DNA of 64,000 nt from an uncultured Candidatus Saccharibacteria bacterium (GCA_964501135.1 CAZCRI010000001.1:64393-128392), one strand, 5' to 3'. Positions 38,466 through 48,583 are shown, counted from the first letter of the stretch. The notes: generated from the letters alone by a model not told the origin. Numbers and translations: made by a program.

Positions 38466-40164
38466 CAACTCTTTAAGATGTAATGACAAAACTCTTTACC
38501 GGAGTTTTTTTGCAAACTATTCTTTTGTAGTCTCATCCCCAGGAGGCGCAATACTAGCTGGAACCTTCACGGATCATGTGGGCGGCCCAGGGCTCCATCA
38601 AAAGGTTCCGCTAAGGAACTATCTCGGTTTAACCCTTATCGACAAAGAGGAGATAGTCTTTGAGAACTTTGGAACCTATGATAGTTTCTCGGGCTCCTTT
38701 GTCCTTTTTGATGTTAAGCAGGAACATATTGATAAACTAAAGACTTTACAGACAATGATTTCTGATACCCTCGGAAAGAAGATAGGCCTAAAGGTAGGGA
38801 TATTAAATGAGTTACCTAGAAGGACGGGCCTGAACAACCCAGGTACAAACGCCGCTAATTTATCGGTAGCCTATTTGCTGCTAACAGGCCAGATAGAGCT
38901 TTCTGATCTTAAAGACTTTCAGAATATCTCTGCTACGTTAGAAACGGATAAGAGGGATTTGTTAGTATCGGTTGCTAAGCGCTTCCATTCCATTTGGTTA
39001 GGAAGAAAAAGTGCGGGATTTGGGGTTTTGGCAAACATGGTTTCTTTTCCGGACATACTTGTTTACAATCCAAGAGCTAATTACCCAGTACTGCCCTTGA
39101 GAAATATATTTAAGCCAGAGGTCGCGGGGGAGTTGCCTTTTGATATTGTGATAATTGGTACTTCCGATAGATACGATATTGATTTTTCCTTGAGAAGATA
39201 TGACGAGGTCGGCGATTTATTTTCCATTTCTGACAGCGACGTAAAACAATTTGAAGAAGCATTTAAAATTGATGAGCCTAGAGCAAAAAACTTCTCTGTC
39301 GAGTTACGAAAAAGTTACTTTCAGGCGGTAAGCGAAACCGGCCTTGCGGCAGCAATTGTTGCGGGTAAATTTATTGAGAACCCAAATATCGAGAATCAAA
39401 AGCTCTGTTTGCAGGTTTTTAATAGCTCTTACGATATGATCAATTTATTTGGTCAGAACTTTTCCAGGAAAGAGAAAGTCCATTCTTTTATCAGGAAATA
39501 TTTCCATGAAGTTCAGCCGGACATACCTTTTGCACTTACAACTGGTATTACAAATAATCTAATATTAGTTACCCCCAAGGATTCAACAAGGGAATACCTC
39601 GATAAACTTATTGAATACGTGAACAGTAAAATTAGTTTTGAAATTTCGTTGCCTTTTATTTCTTGGCTTGACGAAAACGATGAGGAAGGGGTGGTGGTTG
39701 AAAAGTGGGACAAGATTCGTCTCCAACCCACATATTTACCAAGTGGTTGTTTGTACCTTTATAGCTTAGCGGTTATGGAGACGAACGTTTCCTTGGTTGC
39801 AATAGACAACAGAGAGACACTTGAGACTGAGTACGACATCTTGTTGGATGAAGACGATAAACGTATATATGTAAATGGCAAACGAGTTACATCGAGGGAA
39901 TTGCCAACCGTTGCGGCCACAATTAACCTATTTACGTGTTTGTTTTCAGCTTCTGACCTTACCGTTTCATCTTTTGATTTGCCTGACCAATCATACTTTA
40001 TTGATCGAAACGAACTTCAGAGCAAGATTGTAAGTCCACTCAAAATATATGTGGAAAAAACGCTGGGGAAACACCTAAACCTAAAAATTAGCGGTAATAT
40101 TGCTGACTACAAAGTTACTTTGTTTTCTTCTGATCTAAAAATTGGTCTTATAAAAAGAATTTAA
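38446..40164 (+). CDS. GHMP-kinase-like N-terminal domain protein with a long C-terminal extension
   Basis: SSPGGAILAGTFTDHVGG resembles GHMP motif I (APGKVILFGEHAVV). LPRRTGLNNPGTNAANLSVA resembles the ATP-binding motif PxGSGLGSSAA. 572 aa. Confidence 0.5.
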   Translation: MRQALNSNSLRCNDKTLYRSFFANYSFVVSSPGGAILAGTFTDHVGGPGLHQKVPLRNYLGLTLIDKEEIVFENFGTYDSFSGSFVLFDVKQEHIDKLKTLQTMISDTLGKKIGLKVGILNELPRRTGLNNPGTNAANLSVAYLLLTGQIELSDLKDFQNISATLETDKRDLLVSVAKRFHSIWLGRKSAGFGVLANMVSFPDILVYNPRANYPVLPLRNIFKPEVAGELPFDIVIIGTSDRYDIDFSLRRYDEVGDLFSISDSDVKQFEEAFKIDEPRAKNFSVELRKSYFQAVSETGLAAAIVAGKFIENPNIENQKLCLQVFNSSYDMINLFGQNFSRKEKVHSFIRKYFHEVQPDIPFALTTGITNNLILVTPKDSTREYLDKLIEYVNSKISFEISLPFISWLDENDEEGVVVEKWDKIRLQPTYLPSGCLYLYSLAVMETNVSLVAIDNRETLETEYDILLDEDDKRIYVNGKRVTSRELPTVAATINLFTCLFSASDLTVSSFDLPDQSYFIDRNELQSKIVSPLKIYVEKTLGKHLNLKISGNIADYKVTLFSSDLKIGLIKRI

Positions 40165-40178
40165 TTTCCTGAATGGCA

Positions 40179-40754
40179 CTAAATCTTTGGGGGTTTCTCG
40201 GAGAAGTTAATCTGTTGCCAGCTGCAAACTTCTTCTTCGGTAACATCGTAGTATTTTGTGTAGACATTCTCGACACTACCGTGAAGTCCCTCTTTCCAGT
40301 CGAAACCTAAGTCAGCAGCCGCTTTGCGTACAGCTTCTTCACTTGGTCCTTCAATCTCGGCAAGTGGTGGAATCCAGGGCCAGGTGTCTATGGTTATTTC
40401 GCACTCATGATATTGCCATTTTTCACGGAGGGTTTTTTGCTGCGATTTTGTTTTGAGCCCAATCGCGTGAAGGAGCTCTAGAGTCTTATCGTAATCATTA
40501 ACCTCGACCATGATTTCCTTTGTCCCGTGGAGAGATCGGTCTAGTAGTTGCTTGTAACTCAGGGTGATGGCCTTGCCTTCATCTCGAACGCGAACCCAGC
40601 CACCGTCTTTGCCAAGCGATTTGTCTGAAAAGTCTAAAGCCTCTCTTTTCATTAAGATTTCTGGGTGGACCTGAGTGGCCCCTAGCTTGGCCAGAGTTTT
40701 CTGCACCGCAATTTTGTCGATATCACAAAATTTAATTTCAATTTCTGTTTCCAT
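40179..40754 (-). CDS. CYTH-domain protein (second copy, convergent)
   Basis: METEIEIKF N-terminal ExExK signature. Confidence 0.55.
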   Translation of the reverse strand: METEIEIKFCDIDKIAVQKTLAKLGATQVHPEILMKREALDFSDKSLGKDGGWVRVRDEGKAITLSYKQLLDRSLHGTKEIMVEVNDYDKTLELLHAIGLKTKSQQKTLREKWQYHECEITIDTWPWIPPLAEIEGPSEEAVRKAAADLGFDWKEGLHGSVENVYTKYYDVTEEEVCSWQQINFSEKPPKI

Positions 40755-40854
40755 GTGCAAATTATATCATGAGAGTACAATACCCGTGCAGAAAGGCTAT
40801 ATTTAGGCTATAATACCGTCCAGTGACTGCAAGACGCAGTGAGAAAAGGAAGAG

Positions 40855-42441
40855 ATGATAAGCGTAAAAAACCTGACTTATACCGTCAGTACCAGAAATA
40901 TCCTTGATGACATCACCCTGACGATAGCCGATGGCGACAGGGTGGCTATTGTTGGTCCCAACGGTGCGGGAAAAAGTACCTTTCTGAAGGTGGTTCTTGG
41001 AAAGATAGAGCCCAGCGAAGGGAAGATATTTGTTTCGGGTGGTACTGGAGAAGTTGGCTATATGCCTCAGCACCTTGCTGACCTAGGCGAGCTACCTGAG
41101 ATAAGTGTGCTCAATTTTATGCTCTCGGGACGCAAACTAGATACGCTAATGGCGACGATCGAAGCCAAGCTTGCCGAGATGAATCAACCAGGACTCTCTG
41201 AGGATGAGTCGATGCGCCTCGCGCATGAATACTCAGAGGCTTTTGAGCAGTTCATGACCGGTGGTGGCTATGATGCCGAGGGTGAACTCCTCGAGGTTCT
41301 AGTGGGGATGGGTCTTTCCGGACTTGATCTCGATCAGGATATAAATACTCTTAGTGGTGGCCAGAAGACGAAACTTGCGTTTGCACGTGTCCTATTTGCC
41401 CGTTCTCGCGTCATGATTCTCGATGAACCAACTAATCACCTCGATGAGAAAACTATCGATTTCGTCGTAGATTATCTGCTGAATTTTGACGGAACGCTGA
41501 TTATGGTTTCTCATGTGCCAAGCATCCTGGATCAGTTGGTAACGAAGATAATCTCTCTAGATGGTAGAGGAGGAGCGGTGATATATCGCGGCAATTTTAC
41601 GGAATTCCAAAAGAAGAAGAGCCAGCGGGATACTGATATGGCAAAGCTACGCCACGAGCAAGAAAAAGAAGAAGAGAAACTAATTGCCTTTATTGATCGT
41701 TGGCGGAGCCAGAAACCGAAACAGGTACATGATAGGGAGCGAAAACTTGAGAAATTACGAAGCGAAATGGTGGAGGCTCCGATAGCTCAGGCTCAGATTT
41801 CTGTGAAATTTCCAATCACTGTTGAGCCCGTGCAAAAGGTTCTGACAGCACGCGGAATCGCGAAGTCTTACGGTAATAAACGAGTTCTATACGATGTTGT
41901 TTTGGATTTTCAGCGTGGGGAGCGTGTGGCTATCATGGGTCCAAATGGAGCTGGTAAGAGTACTTTAATGAAGATAATTGCTGGTCGTCTTGAACAAGAT
42001 GCGGGTACCGTGGAGTTTGGTGACCGCGTGGATTTGGGGTATTACGCCCAAGAACATGAGTCCTTAACCCTTACAAATTCAGTGCTGGACGAAATGCTGA
42101 GCGTTCCACAAATGACCCAGGCCAGAGGACGATCGATACTAGCGCACTTTCTTTTCCAGGGGGACAGGGTTGCGACCAAGGTTGGTTCACTGAGTCTGGG
42201 TGAGCGTAGTAGACTCGCGATGGCAAAGCTCGTGGCGTCGGGGCACAATCTATTGTTGCTCGATGAACCGACAAACCATCTTGACGTTTTTGCTCGTGAA
42301 CAAGTAAAGACAGCTCTCGCGAATTATGAAGGCACAGTACTAATTATTTCTCATGATCGCGACTTTGTAGAAGGAATTGGAGTCGATAAGATACTATTGC
42401 TTCCCGAAAACAAATTTGGATTTGTAGGACAGGTCGGCTAG
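40855..42441 (+). CDS. ABC-F family ATPase (two ABC domains, no TMD; EttA/Uup-like translation factor)
   Basis: Two Walker A sites (GPNGAGKST twice), LSGGQ signatures and a Lys/Glu-rich inter-domain linker. Confidence 0.9.
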   Translation: MISVKNLTYTVSTRNILDDITLTIADGDRVAIVGPNGAGKSTFLKVVLGKIEPSEGKIFVSGGTGEVGYMPQHLADLGELPEISVLNFMLSGRKLDTLMATIEAKLAEMNQPGLSEDESMRLAHEYSEAFEQFMTGGGYDAEGELLEVLVGMGLSGLDLDQDINTLSGGQKTKLAFARVLFARSRVMILDEPTNHLDEKTIDFVVDYLLNFDGTLIMVSHVPSILDQLVTKIISLDGRGGAVIYRGNFTEFQKKKSQRDTDMAKLRHEQEKEEEKLIAFIDRWRSQKPKQVHDRERKLEKLRSEMVEAPIAQAQISVKFPITVEPVQKVLTARGIAKSYGNKRVLYDVVLDFQRGERVAIMGPNGAGKSTLMKIIAGRLEQDAGTVEFGDRVDLGYYAQEHESLTLTNSVLDEMLSVPQMTQARGRSILAHFLFQGDRVATKVGSLSLGERSRLAMAKLVASGHNLLLLDEPTNHLDVFAREQVKTALANYEGTVLIISHDRDFVEGIGVDKILLLPENKFGFVGQVG

Positions 42442-43205
42442 AAATGTTTGCTTTTGCTTCCTGCTAGGAATCGTGTGAGCAAAAGGAGCACAATTAGTAC
42501 GCCAGCTTCAAACAACATTAGCAGCGTGATCCCTTGGAAGATAGGGGCGAGAATATCGATAAAGAATTGTAAAGTCTTGCCAATACCTTTCCACAGAAAG
42601 AAATCTTTTGTGTAGTAAAAGAGCCCACCAATTAGAATGGCTAAAAATACCAGGATTGGCATTGAGCTGAGGTCTGCCTCCGAAGGGTCTCCCGCTAGAG
42701 CGCAAGAGACTGCTATGTAGTAAAAAAGGTAGTTTTGCCAATGAGTAGGGTTTAGAAGGAGCCATTCCAAACTTTGCAGAAAGGTTTCTGGTGTTAGTGG
42801 CGTTAGGATAGTAATATTTGGAAGCGCCCATACATATGCAAGATAGGTAGCAAGCCCACAGCCCAGGATAGGGGCAATACCTATAACCAGTGTTCGTATC
42901 GGCCCAACCTTTCTGTGTTCTACATAGCCAAGCCGATAACCGCCACCCTCAACTTTTTTGGGTGAGAAGAGCGATAATTTGGATATTGGTACCCAAAGCA
43001 AAAGGCAAAGCAGGGCGTGGCTGAGCTCATGAATCACGGTTCCGATAAAGAATAGATAGTTTACAAATACCGACGAGCGAAACCAGCGTTGGCTGATTTG
43101 CGAAAGGTTAGCGCCGATTAGTTTGTAGAAAAAGTTGAGAATAATAAGCAGGGAGACAAAACCTAGAAACCACATGGTAGAATCGGGAAGAGTGATCGGC
43201 CTCAT
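42438..43205 (-). CDS. Polytopic membrane protein with an HExxH motif (putative membrane metalloprotease-like)
   Basis: IHELSHAL sits within a TM region. At least 6 TM helices. Confidence 0.4.
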   Translation of the reverse strand: MRPITLPDSTMWFLGFVSLLIILNFFYKLIGANLSQISQRWFRSSVFVNYLFFIGTVIHELSHALLCLLLWVPISKLSLFSPKKVEGGGYRLGYVEHRKVGPIRTLVIGIAPILGCGLATYLAYVWALPNITILTPLTPETFLQSLEWLLLNPTHWQNYLFYYIAVSCALAGDPSEADLSSMPILVFLAILIGGLFYYTKDFFLWKGIGKTLQFFIDILAPIFQGITLLMLFEAGVLIVLLLLTRFLAGSKSKHF

Positions 43206-43561
43206 TAGCGACCTTGCTCACGAGAATGTATGCGATTCTCGATAATTGTTTTCAGTAGAGGTTTTGTTAGTGGCTTGTCTTGGGTGAAGTGAATGGTCGT
43301 TCCGGATATTTTAAAATTAGAGAGCTCTGGTATTTCTGCCGCAATATTCTTGTCCTGTGAAACCAGACTATAGTGGTCCTTGAAAGCTGCTATAGAAAAC
43401 AAAGCCTTGCCTTGGTATTTGTACGCTGGGATGTTGTAAGCGAAAACTTCCTCGCCTTCAGGAAATAATTCATGAACCCAAGCACGAATCTCGGTAAGAG
43501 GTACTTTGAAAGTTTCTGGAATTTCCCGGTAATATTTATCAACGGTTTGGTCTGTGTTCAT
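43205..43561 (-). CDS. DUF1801 (YdhG-like) family protein
   Basis: ~118 aa with the pattern typical of DUF1801. Two paralogues lie in the window, at 46087 and 50504. Confidence 0.4.
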   Translation of the reverse strand: MNTDQTVDKYYREIPETFKVPLTEIRAWVHELFPEGEEVFAYNIPAYKYQGKALFSIAAFKDHYSLVSQDKNIAAEIPELSNFKISGTTIHFTQDKPLTKPLLKTIIENRIHSREQGR

Positions 43562-43642
43562 GACTATATTCTAGCACAAATAAGGGCTGTTCCTTAGAAC
43601 AGCCCAGTAAATAGGGAGGGTTTAGATTTGAGGGGTGCTAGA

Positions 43643-44110
43643 TTATGCTTTTGGGCCTTTGCCTCGACCTTCGCCGTGACCGCCAAGGTGTAATAGGCTC
43701 ATATCGATGCCATTATCTTTGGCCCACTGCTCTAGTGCAGTTCTAGAGGCCTCCATCTTGGCATGATGTTCTGTTTCGGTTAGAGTTTGATCCCGGTTCT
43801 CCTCTCGTTCAGCTTCGATTTCCTTGAGTTTGTTTTCGATAAGGGTCTTTTGTGCTGCGGTAATAGTACCGGCATCAACTTTAGCCTGAAGTTCTGCAGA
43901 GCGCTCAGTAGCTCTGTTTGCTGCTTCTTCGGTGTGAAGTTCGTCCACAACTTTTTGGACTTCCGTTTGGTTTAGGTTGAACTTTGTGGCAATTCGAGCG
44001 GCAAGTGTCTCGCCGCTGGCATTTGCGGAAGCCATGTTGGCTCCAAGTAGGGTCATCGAGCTAATGGCGGCAATAGCGACGCCAAGAGCTATCTTTTGTT
44101 TTCTTTTCAT
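43643..44110 (-). CDS. Secreted hypothetical protein with a signal peptide and a coiled-coil
   Basis: MKRKQKIALGVAIAAISSMTLLGANMASA signal peptide. Ala/Glu-rich coiled-coil. GHGEGRGKGPKA tail. Confidence 0.4.
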   Translation of the reverse strand: MKRKQKIALGVAIAAISSMTLLGANMASANASGETLAARIATKFNLNQTEVQKVVDELHTEEAANRATERSAELQAKVDAGTITAAQKTLIENKLKEIEAEREENRDQTLTETEHHAKMEASRTALEQWAKDNGIDMSLLHLGGHGEGRGKGPKA

Positions 44111-44207
44111 TTCATACTCCTTTTTAGTACCAGAGATTTTCGACCAGGCCCTCACTGGGACTATTCTGCTGGTATAGTCAGTCTAGAGAGTGAAACTGTG
44201 AAAGAGC

Positions 44208-45230
44208 TTAGAGTGATTCAAAGAGTAGTTTTGTAATGTCGACAGATTTTTCTGATGAGATTTCAATTATTTCTAGTTTGTTACTATTGGCAATCTCTCG
44301 GCTTTGCTCTAGGTTGGGAATCAAATCACTAAGCGACTGAAGATAAGTTTTGTGCAGGGTAGCAAGACGCTCAGCTCGGATTTCGTCTTCGCAATCTATG
44401 AAAATGATCTTCCCTCCAAGATATCTGTACAGTTCCTTTCCTGGAGTCAGTCCGTAACCAACCTCAACGAAGACATTGGCGGCACCTTTGGTTCTTGCAA
44501 GCTCTGCAGAAAGTAGTCTAAGCCATGGTTCGGCAATCACCTTTGTAATTTTGTCCGGTGTTTCCGCTGCTATTTTTACCAAATCCTGCCCCTTGAAGTG
44601 GGTTTTCAGCAAGGGTCTTAGCTGTTTGGAGAGGGAATCGGTTTCTATCCAGACATTTTGGGATTCCGGTGTACAGATATCCTTAAGCAGGGTGGATTTG
44701 CCAGACCCAGGTTTGCCCACCACCAGAAAAAAGTTTTTTATTCCGAGAGTTTTCTCGAGAAGAGCCGTTACCACCATTGGACTTACCATTTGTGAGAGGG
44801 CAATGAGATCAAGGTTCTCGGCGGCTGCACGAGCTCCAGTCGCGGAGATGGTTTCCATTCCTTCATTGGCTAGTAGGTATTGGTAGTCTCGGATTCTGAA
44901 ATCGGCATAATTTTGTTCCATCACCGCTTTTTCGTGCTTAAAATCAGCTTCGGAGCGCATGCCACGAATCATGATTAACTCTTCGCCTTTGATACCGCCG
45001 GCACTAAACTCGTCAAAAGTAAGAACCTGAACCTCTTTTGGAAGGTCATAGCTCAGCCAGAGTTTTTTGCATTCTTCTGGAGTAAACAGGTATTCTTTAT
45101 TGCCATCTCGAGAACAGATGATTGTAGTAGGACCGAGAATGTTGCACGCTCGTTTTACAATTTCTAGGTGTCCGTAGGTTGGCGGGCAAAAAGAACCAGG
45201 AAAAACCGCTTTTTGCTTTGTGACCTGCAT
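44208..45230 (-). CDS. coaD: Bifunctional protein: phosphopantetheine adenylyltransferase (CoaD)-like N-domain fused to a P-loop kinase domain
   Basis: FPGSFCPPTYGHLEIV matches the T/HxGH motif. IRGMRSEADFKHEKAVMEQN matches the CoaD motif IRGLRAVADFEYE. The C-terminal domain has the Walker A motif GKPGSGKST. Confidence 0.6.
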   Translation of the reverse strand: MQVTKQKAVFPGSFCPPTYGHLEIVKRACNILGPTTIICSRDGNKEYLFTPEECKKLWLSYDLPKEVQVLTFDEFSAGGIKGEELIMIRGMRSEADFKHEKAVMEQNYADFRIRDYQYLLANEGMETISATGARAAAENLDLIALSQMVSPMVVTALLEKTLGIKNFFLVVGKPGSGKSTLLKDICTPESQNVWIETDSLSKQLRPLLKTHFKGQDLVKIAAETPDKITKVIAEPWLRLLSAELARTKGAANVFVEVGYGLTPGKELYRYLGGKIIFIDCEDEIRAERLATLHKTYLQSLSDLIPNLEQSREIANSNKLEIIEISSEKSVDITKLLFESL

Positions 45231-46037
45231 TTATTTTGGAAGTAGCGACTTCATCTGTTTTGCAATCAGGTTGGTTGCAAATACTGGGTTTAGACGATAA
45301 AGCATGTTCATCATATTACTGTCTTTGCCTGTAAATATTTGAAGTTTATTCTTTTCCATTCCAGCGATGATAATCTTGGCAGCATCACTAGCAGAAAGCA
45401 TAGGGAAGTTCTGGGCCTTGTCGTCTGCGCCAGCTGGTACCTTCATTCCGGAATTCTCAGCGATATTTGTGGCGGTAGCACCCGGGAAAACTACTGAAAC
45501 GTTTACACCAGTGTCATGAAGCTCAGCATAGAGCCCCTCGGTCATCAGCTTTACAGCGGCTTTGCTGGCGCCATAAACTGCTTGACCAGGAACAGGTAAG
45601 AACCCACCCATGCTGGAAACATTAACAATATAACCTTCGGGACGCTTTAGTAGCTCTGGTAAGAATGACTTCACCATGTAGAGTGTTCCGTAGAAATTCA
45701 CATTCATGACGCGCTCAACGGCATCGTACTGTAGATCATTGATGCGGACAAAAGGCTGAATGATGCCAGCGACATTCATGATACCATCAACGGCACCATG
45801 TGCAGCAATTACGCTCTTTGGAAGAGCTTCTACCACGGCTTTATCAGAAATATTTGCAACGTGAGTCGAAATATCAGTGGCTTTTTTACCGACGGCTTCT
45901 TTTAGTTCAGCTAGAGCTTGTTCGTGCATATCAACGGCGGCAACTTTGGCCCCCTTGGCGAGTAGTGCAAGTACAATTTCTTTACCAATTCCACTGCCAG
46001 CACCGGTAACAACGATCACTTTGTTTTCTAATTTCAT
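45231..46037 (-). CDS. Short-chain dehydrogenase/reductase (SDR)
   Basis: Rossmann-fold motif VTGAGSGIGKEI. Catalytic YGASKAA (YxxxK) motif. AAGGAG RBS before the ATG at 46037. Confidence 0.85.
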   Translation of the reverse strand: MKLENKVIVVTGAGSGIGKEIVLALLAKGAKVAAVDMHEQALAELKEAVGKKATDISTHVANISDKAVVEALPKSVIAAHGAVDGIMNVAGIIQPFVRINDLQYDAVERVMNVNFYGTLYMVKSFLPELLKRPEGYIVNVSSMGGFLPVPGQAVYGASKAAVKLMTEGLYAELHDTGVNVSVVFPGATATNIAENSGMKVPAGADDKAQNFPMLSASDAAKIIIAGMEKNKLQIFTGKDSNMMNMLYRLNPVFATNLIAKQMKSLLPK

Positions 46038-46086
46038 AATTTCTCCTTTACTCAATTTTAGCACAGACGAGAGCCGGAGAGGAGCC

Positions 46087-46452
46087 TTACTTTGCTTCGT
46101 TTTCTTCGGCCTTTGCTAGCAGAATCTCGCTGATTTCTGCCCTAGGTATTTCTTGGTCAAATCGAATTTGCACAGTTTTGCTTCCGGTTTTATACCCCTT
46201 GTCTTCTAGCGCCTTGCGGATGGCGGGATCGAGGACAAAAGCCAGCCCAAAGCTGACGTGGTTTGTGAATACCGAAAATCCGCCAAGCAGACCATGGTAC
46301 TTGTAAAACGGCACACCCCAGCTAATGCTTTCTGTGGCTTCTGGAATCGTAGTTTGTACGAGTTCCCGTAGCTCTAGAAGATGAGGTCTGGCTTCTGGTT
46401 CCGCGCTAGCGATATATGCGTCTACATTTTCTGCAACATAATTTCTCATCAT
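46087..46452 (-). CDS. DUF1801 (YdhG-like) family protein
   Basis: 121 aa, paralogous in pattern to 43205-43561. Confidence 0.4.
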   Translation of the reverse strand: MMRNYVAENVDAYIASAEPEARPHLLELRELVQTTIPEATESISWGVPFYKYHGLLGGFSVFTNHVSFGLAFVLDPAIRKALEDKGYKTGSKTVQIRFDQEIPRAEISEILLAKAEENEAK

Positions 46453-46463
46453 GTTCTCCTGAA

Positions 46464-46967
46464 TTACATTTTACGGCTGTCATAAGCCCAATGGAGAAGG
46501 GCTTGGCGCTGTCGTTTGCGACACGAAAGGTCTCCGGGGTGGCTGTTCATCTGTAGCTGGGTAATGTGCCTCTGCATCGCTTGCCAGCGACGAATCTGTC
46601 GGTCGTCTTCTTCAGGGATTCTGCGACCTAGATAATACCGGCAATACCACTGAAACCAACCCCTGGGGTCCTCTGGAAATATCCAGCCCTTAGCTCGCCA
46701 GACCGAGAGTGGCTGCGAGGCATTCACTCCAAAACAATTTAGTTCGGGATTGTGATATTCGTGGCAAAGTTTGGCACTATCGAACCACTCAGTGGGAAAC
46801 TCGGCTCTACAGTCGGTCATATATTTGCCGCCGAAAACACCTAGAGTAAGCATCTCCTGCGGGGTTAGTTCTGGCCGAAAACGGGGATCAAAGTTCTCAC
46901 CCACAGGTTCGTTGAGTTCATATTCGTATTTTTGCTGCATCGTATCACTGACGCTAATCCTGGTCAT
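46464..46967 (-). CDS. Hypothetical protein
   Basis: 167-aa ORF rich in Trp, Arg and Cys. No motif recognised. Confidence 0.35.
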   Translation of the reverse strand: MTRISVSDTMQQKYEYELNEPVGENFDPRFRPELTPQEMLTLGVFGGKYMTDCRAEFPTEWFDSAKLCHEYHNPELNCFGVNASQPLSVWRAKGWIFPEDPRGWFQWYCRYYLGRRIPEEDDRQIRRWQAMQRHITQLQMNSHPGDLSCRKRQRQALLHWAYDSRKM

Positions 46968-46970
46968 TAT

Positions 46971-47747
46971 TTAACCTTTCGGGAACCAAGGGATTAGAGG
47001 GCTGGTTCTTCGTTTATACTCATCCCAGAGAGGAGCACCGGCAAAGTGTTTTTCGGTAAGGGGAATACCAGAGACAAAGACGATGAGAAGGGTGATGGTA
47101 ATTGGGGTGATTATGCTCCATGTCAGGCCGGTAAGTAGTAGAGTGTAGAGAAATATTCCCCACCACATAGTAACTTCGCCAAAGTAGTTTGGATGGCGAG
47201 AGTATTTCCAGAGCCCCTGATTCATTATTTTTCCTTTGTTGTCAGGATTAGAAACGAATAGCCGTAATTGTTTATCAGCAACCGCCTCGAAAATATAGCC
47301 AAATGCCCAGATTCCAATCCCGATTAATGAAAGATAGTTCCAGGTGGTGGGTGTATAAACTAGCAGCATTGAGGCTGCACCAAGGAGAAACATAAGTCCT
47401 CCCTGAAGCACAAAGACGTAAACATAAGCCTGCAGCTTAGGGAATCTTTTCCAGTTGGCTCTCATTTCGGCATAGCGGAGGTCCTCTGTCTTACTTGCTG
47501 CATGGCGTTTGTGAAGGTGACTGAATAGTCGATATCCCCAAAATAGTGTTATGGCAAAGAGGATGGTAGTACTTGGTGAGTAGTTTCCGGTAACTAATAG
47601 TGCTACGAGCACGATGAACGGCTGTGCAAGTCCCCAAGCCTCGTCGGCAACATCGAGGCGATTGAGCCGGAGGCCGTAAATATACCATAGAGTGACATAT
47701 ACAAGTAAAGCCCCCGTGATGATTGCTAGGTAGAGAAGAGGCCCCAT
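46971..47747 (-). CDS. DUF1295/ICMT-like membrane protein (isoprenylcysteine carboxyl methyltransferase / steroid reductase-like fold)
   Basis: The C-terminal sequence GLWKYSRHPNYFGEVTMWWGIFL is characteristic of this family. Multiple TM helices. Confidence 0.5.
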   Translation of the reverse strand: MGPLLYLAIITGALLVYVTLWYIYGLRLNRLDVADEAWGLAQPFIVLVALLVTGNYSPSTTILFAITLFWGYRLFSHLHKRHAASKTEDLRYAEMRANWKRFPKLQAYVYVFVLQGGLMFLLGAASMLLVYTPTTWNYLSLIGIGIWAFGYIFEAVADKQLRLFVSNPDNKGKIMNQGLWKYSRHPNYFGEVTMWWGIFLYTLLLTGLTWSIITPITITLLIVFVSGIPLTEKHFAGAPLWDEYKRRTSPLIPWFPKG

Positions 47748-48139
47748 TACATTATCTTCTTACCGATAAAGTACGAAGCAGTGGCGACAACTCCGGTGAT
47801 TGTAGTTCCCCAAGCTAGGTCGATAAGGGTAATCGAGAGTGGCCATGATTTCATCACGGCATAGTTCGTAAGGTCATAGGTGGCGTAAGCAAAGAAGCCA
47901 AAGAGGGCGCCGTAGAGAAGCGCTTGCTGCCAGCCTTTGTCTAAGTTTGGCAGTACAGCGAAGATTAGGATTCCGATAATGTATATCAGGTAGAAGATAA
48001 TGGCCGCAAACCAATTTGGTTGTGGGCTCAGTCCCGGGATAGTCTTGAAGTAAAGGTCTTTGGCGATAACTCCAATCCAGAGCATATCGATTACAAAGAA
48101 GATTGGTACAGTAGCGAGGTAAAGCAATAATTCTTTCAT
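47747..48139 (-). CDS. Small polytopic membrane protein (DUF2177-like)
   Basis: 130 aa with 4 TM helices. Confidence 0.35.
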   Translation of the reverse strand: MKELLLYLATVPIFFVIDMLWIGVIAKDLYFKTIPGLSPQPNWFAAIIFYLIYIIGILIFAVLPNLDKGWQQALLYGALFGFFAYATYDLTNYAVMKSWPLSITLIDLAWGTTITGVVATASYFIGKKIM

Positions 48140-48148
48140 ATCCAGCTC

Positions 48149-48583
48149 CTATTTAATCTCTAATTGATACTTGAAACGGTTTGCCTTTACCATGCCGAGA
48201 CTCTCGTACAATTTCTGGGCGTCGGTTGCAGTTTCAAGACAGGTAAGGAATATAGATTTGTATTCATTATTTCTTGCAAAATCTTGTAGATAGCCGAAGA
48301 GTTTTTTGGCTACACCTTGTCCTCGGTATTTCTCACTAACGCAGACATTAAAGACCTCGATTGCCGGCTGGAAAGAAAAGGTGAAAAGGTCAATCCGGTA
48401 AAGAGTAAGGCTACCAACTACTTTGCCGTCGTGTTTCGCTACGATTATTTGGTAATTTTGGCTCCCGGGGTCGTAATGATGGTCGTAGTTTATCTGGTTG
48501 TTACTCTCATCGAAGCACTCATCAATCAGTGATTTGTAGGCTGCAAGGTCTGTTTTTTGTAATTGTTCAATAATGGTATCCAT
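48149..48583 (-). CDS. GNAT family N-acetyltransferase
   Basis: Acetyl-CoA-binding motif RGQGVAKKLF. Confidence 0.8.
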   Translation of the reverse strand: MDTIIEQLQKTDLAAYKSLIDECFDESNNQINYDHHYDPGSQNYQIIVAKHDGKVVGSLTLYRIDLFTFSFQPAIEVFNVCVSEKYRGQGVAKKLFGYLQDFARNNEYKSIFLTCLETATDAQKLYESLGMVKANRFKYQLEIK

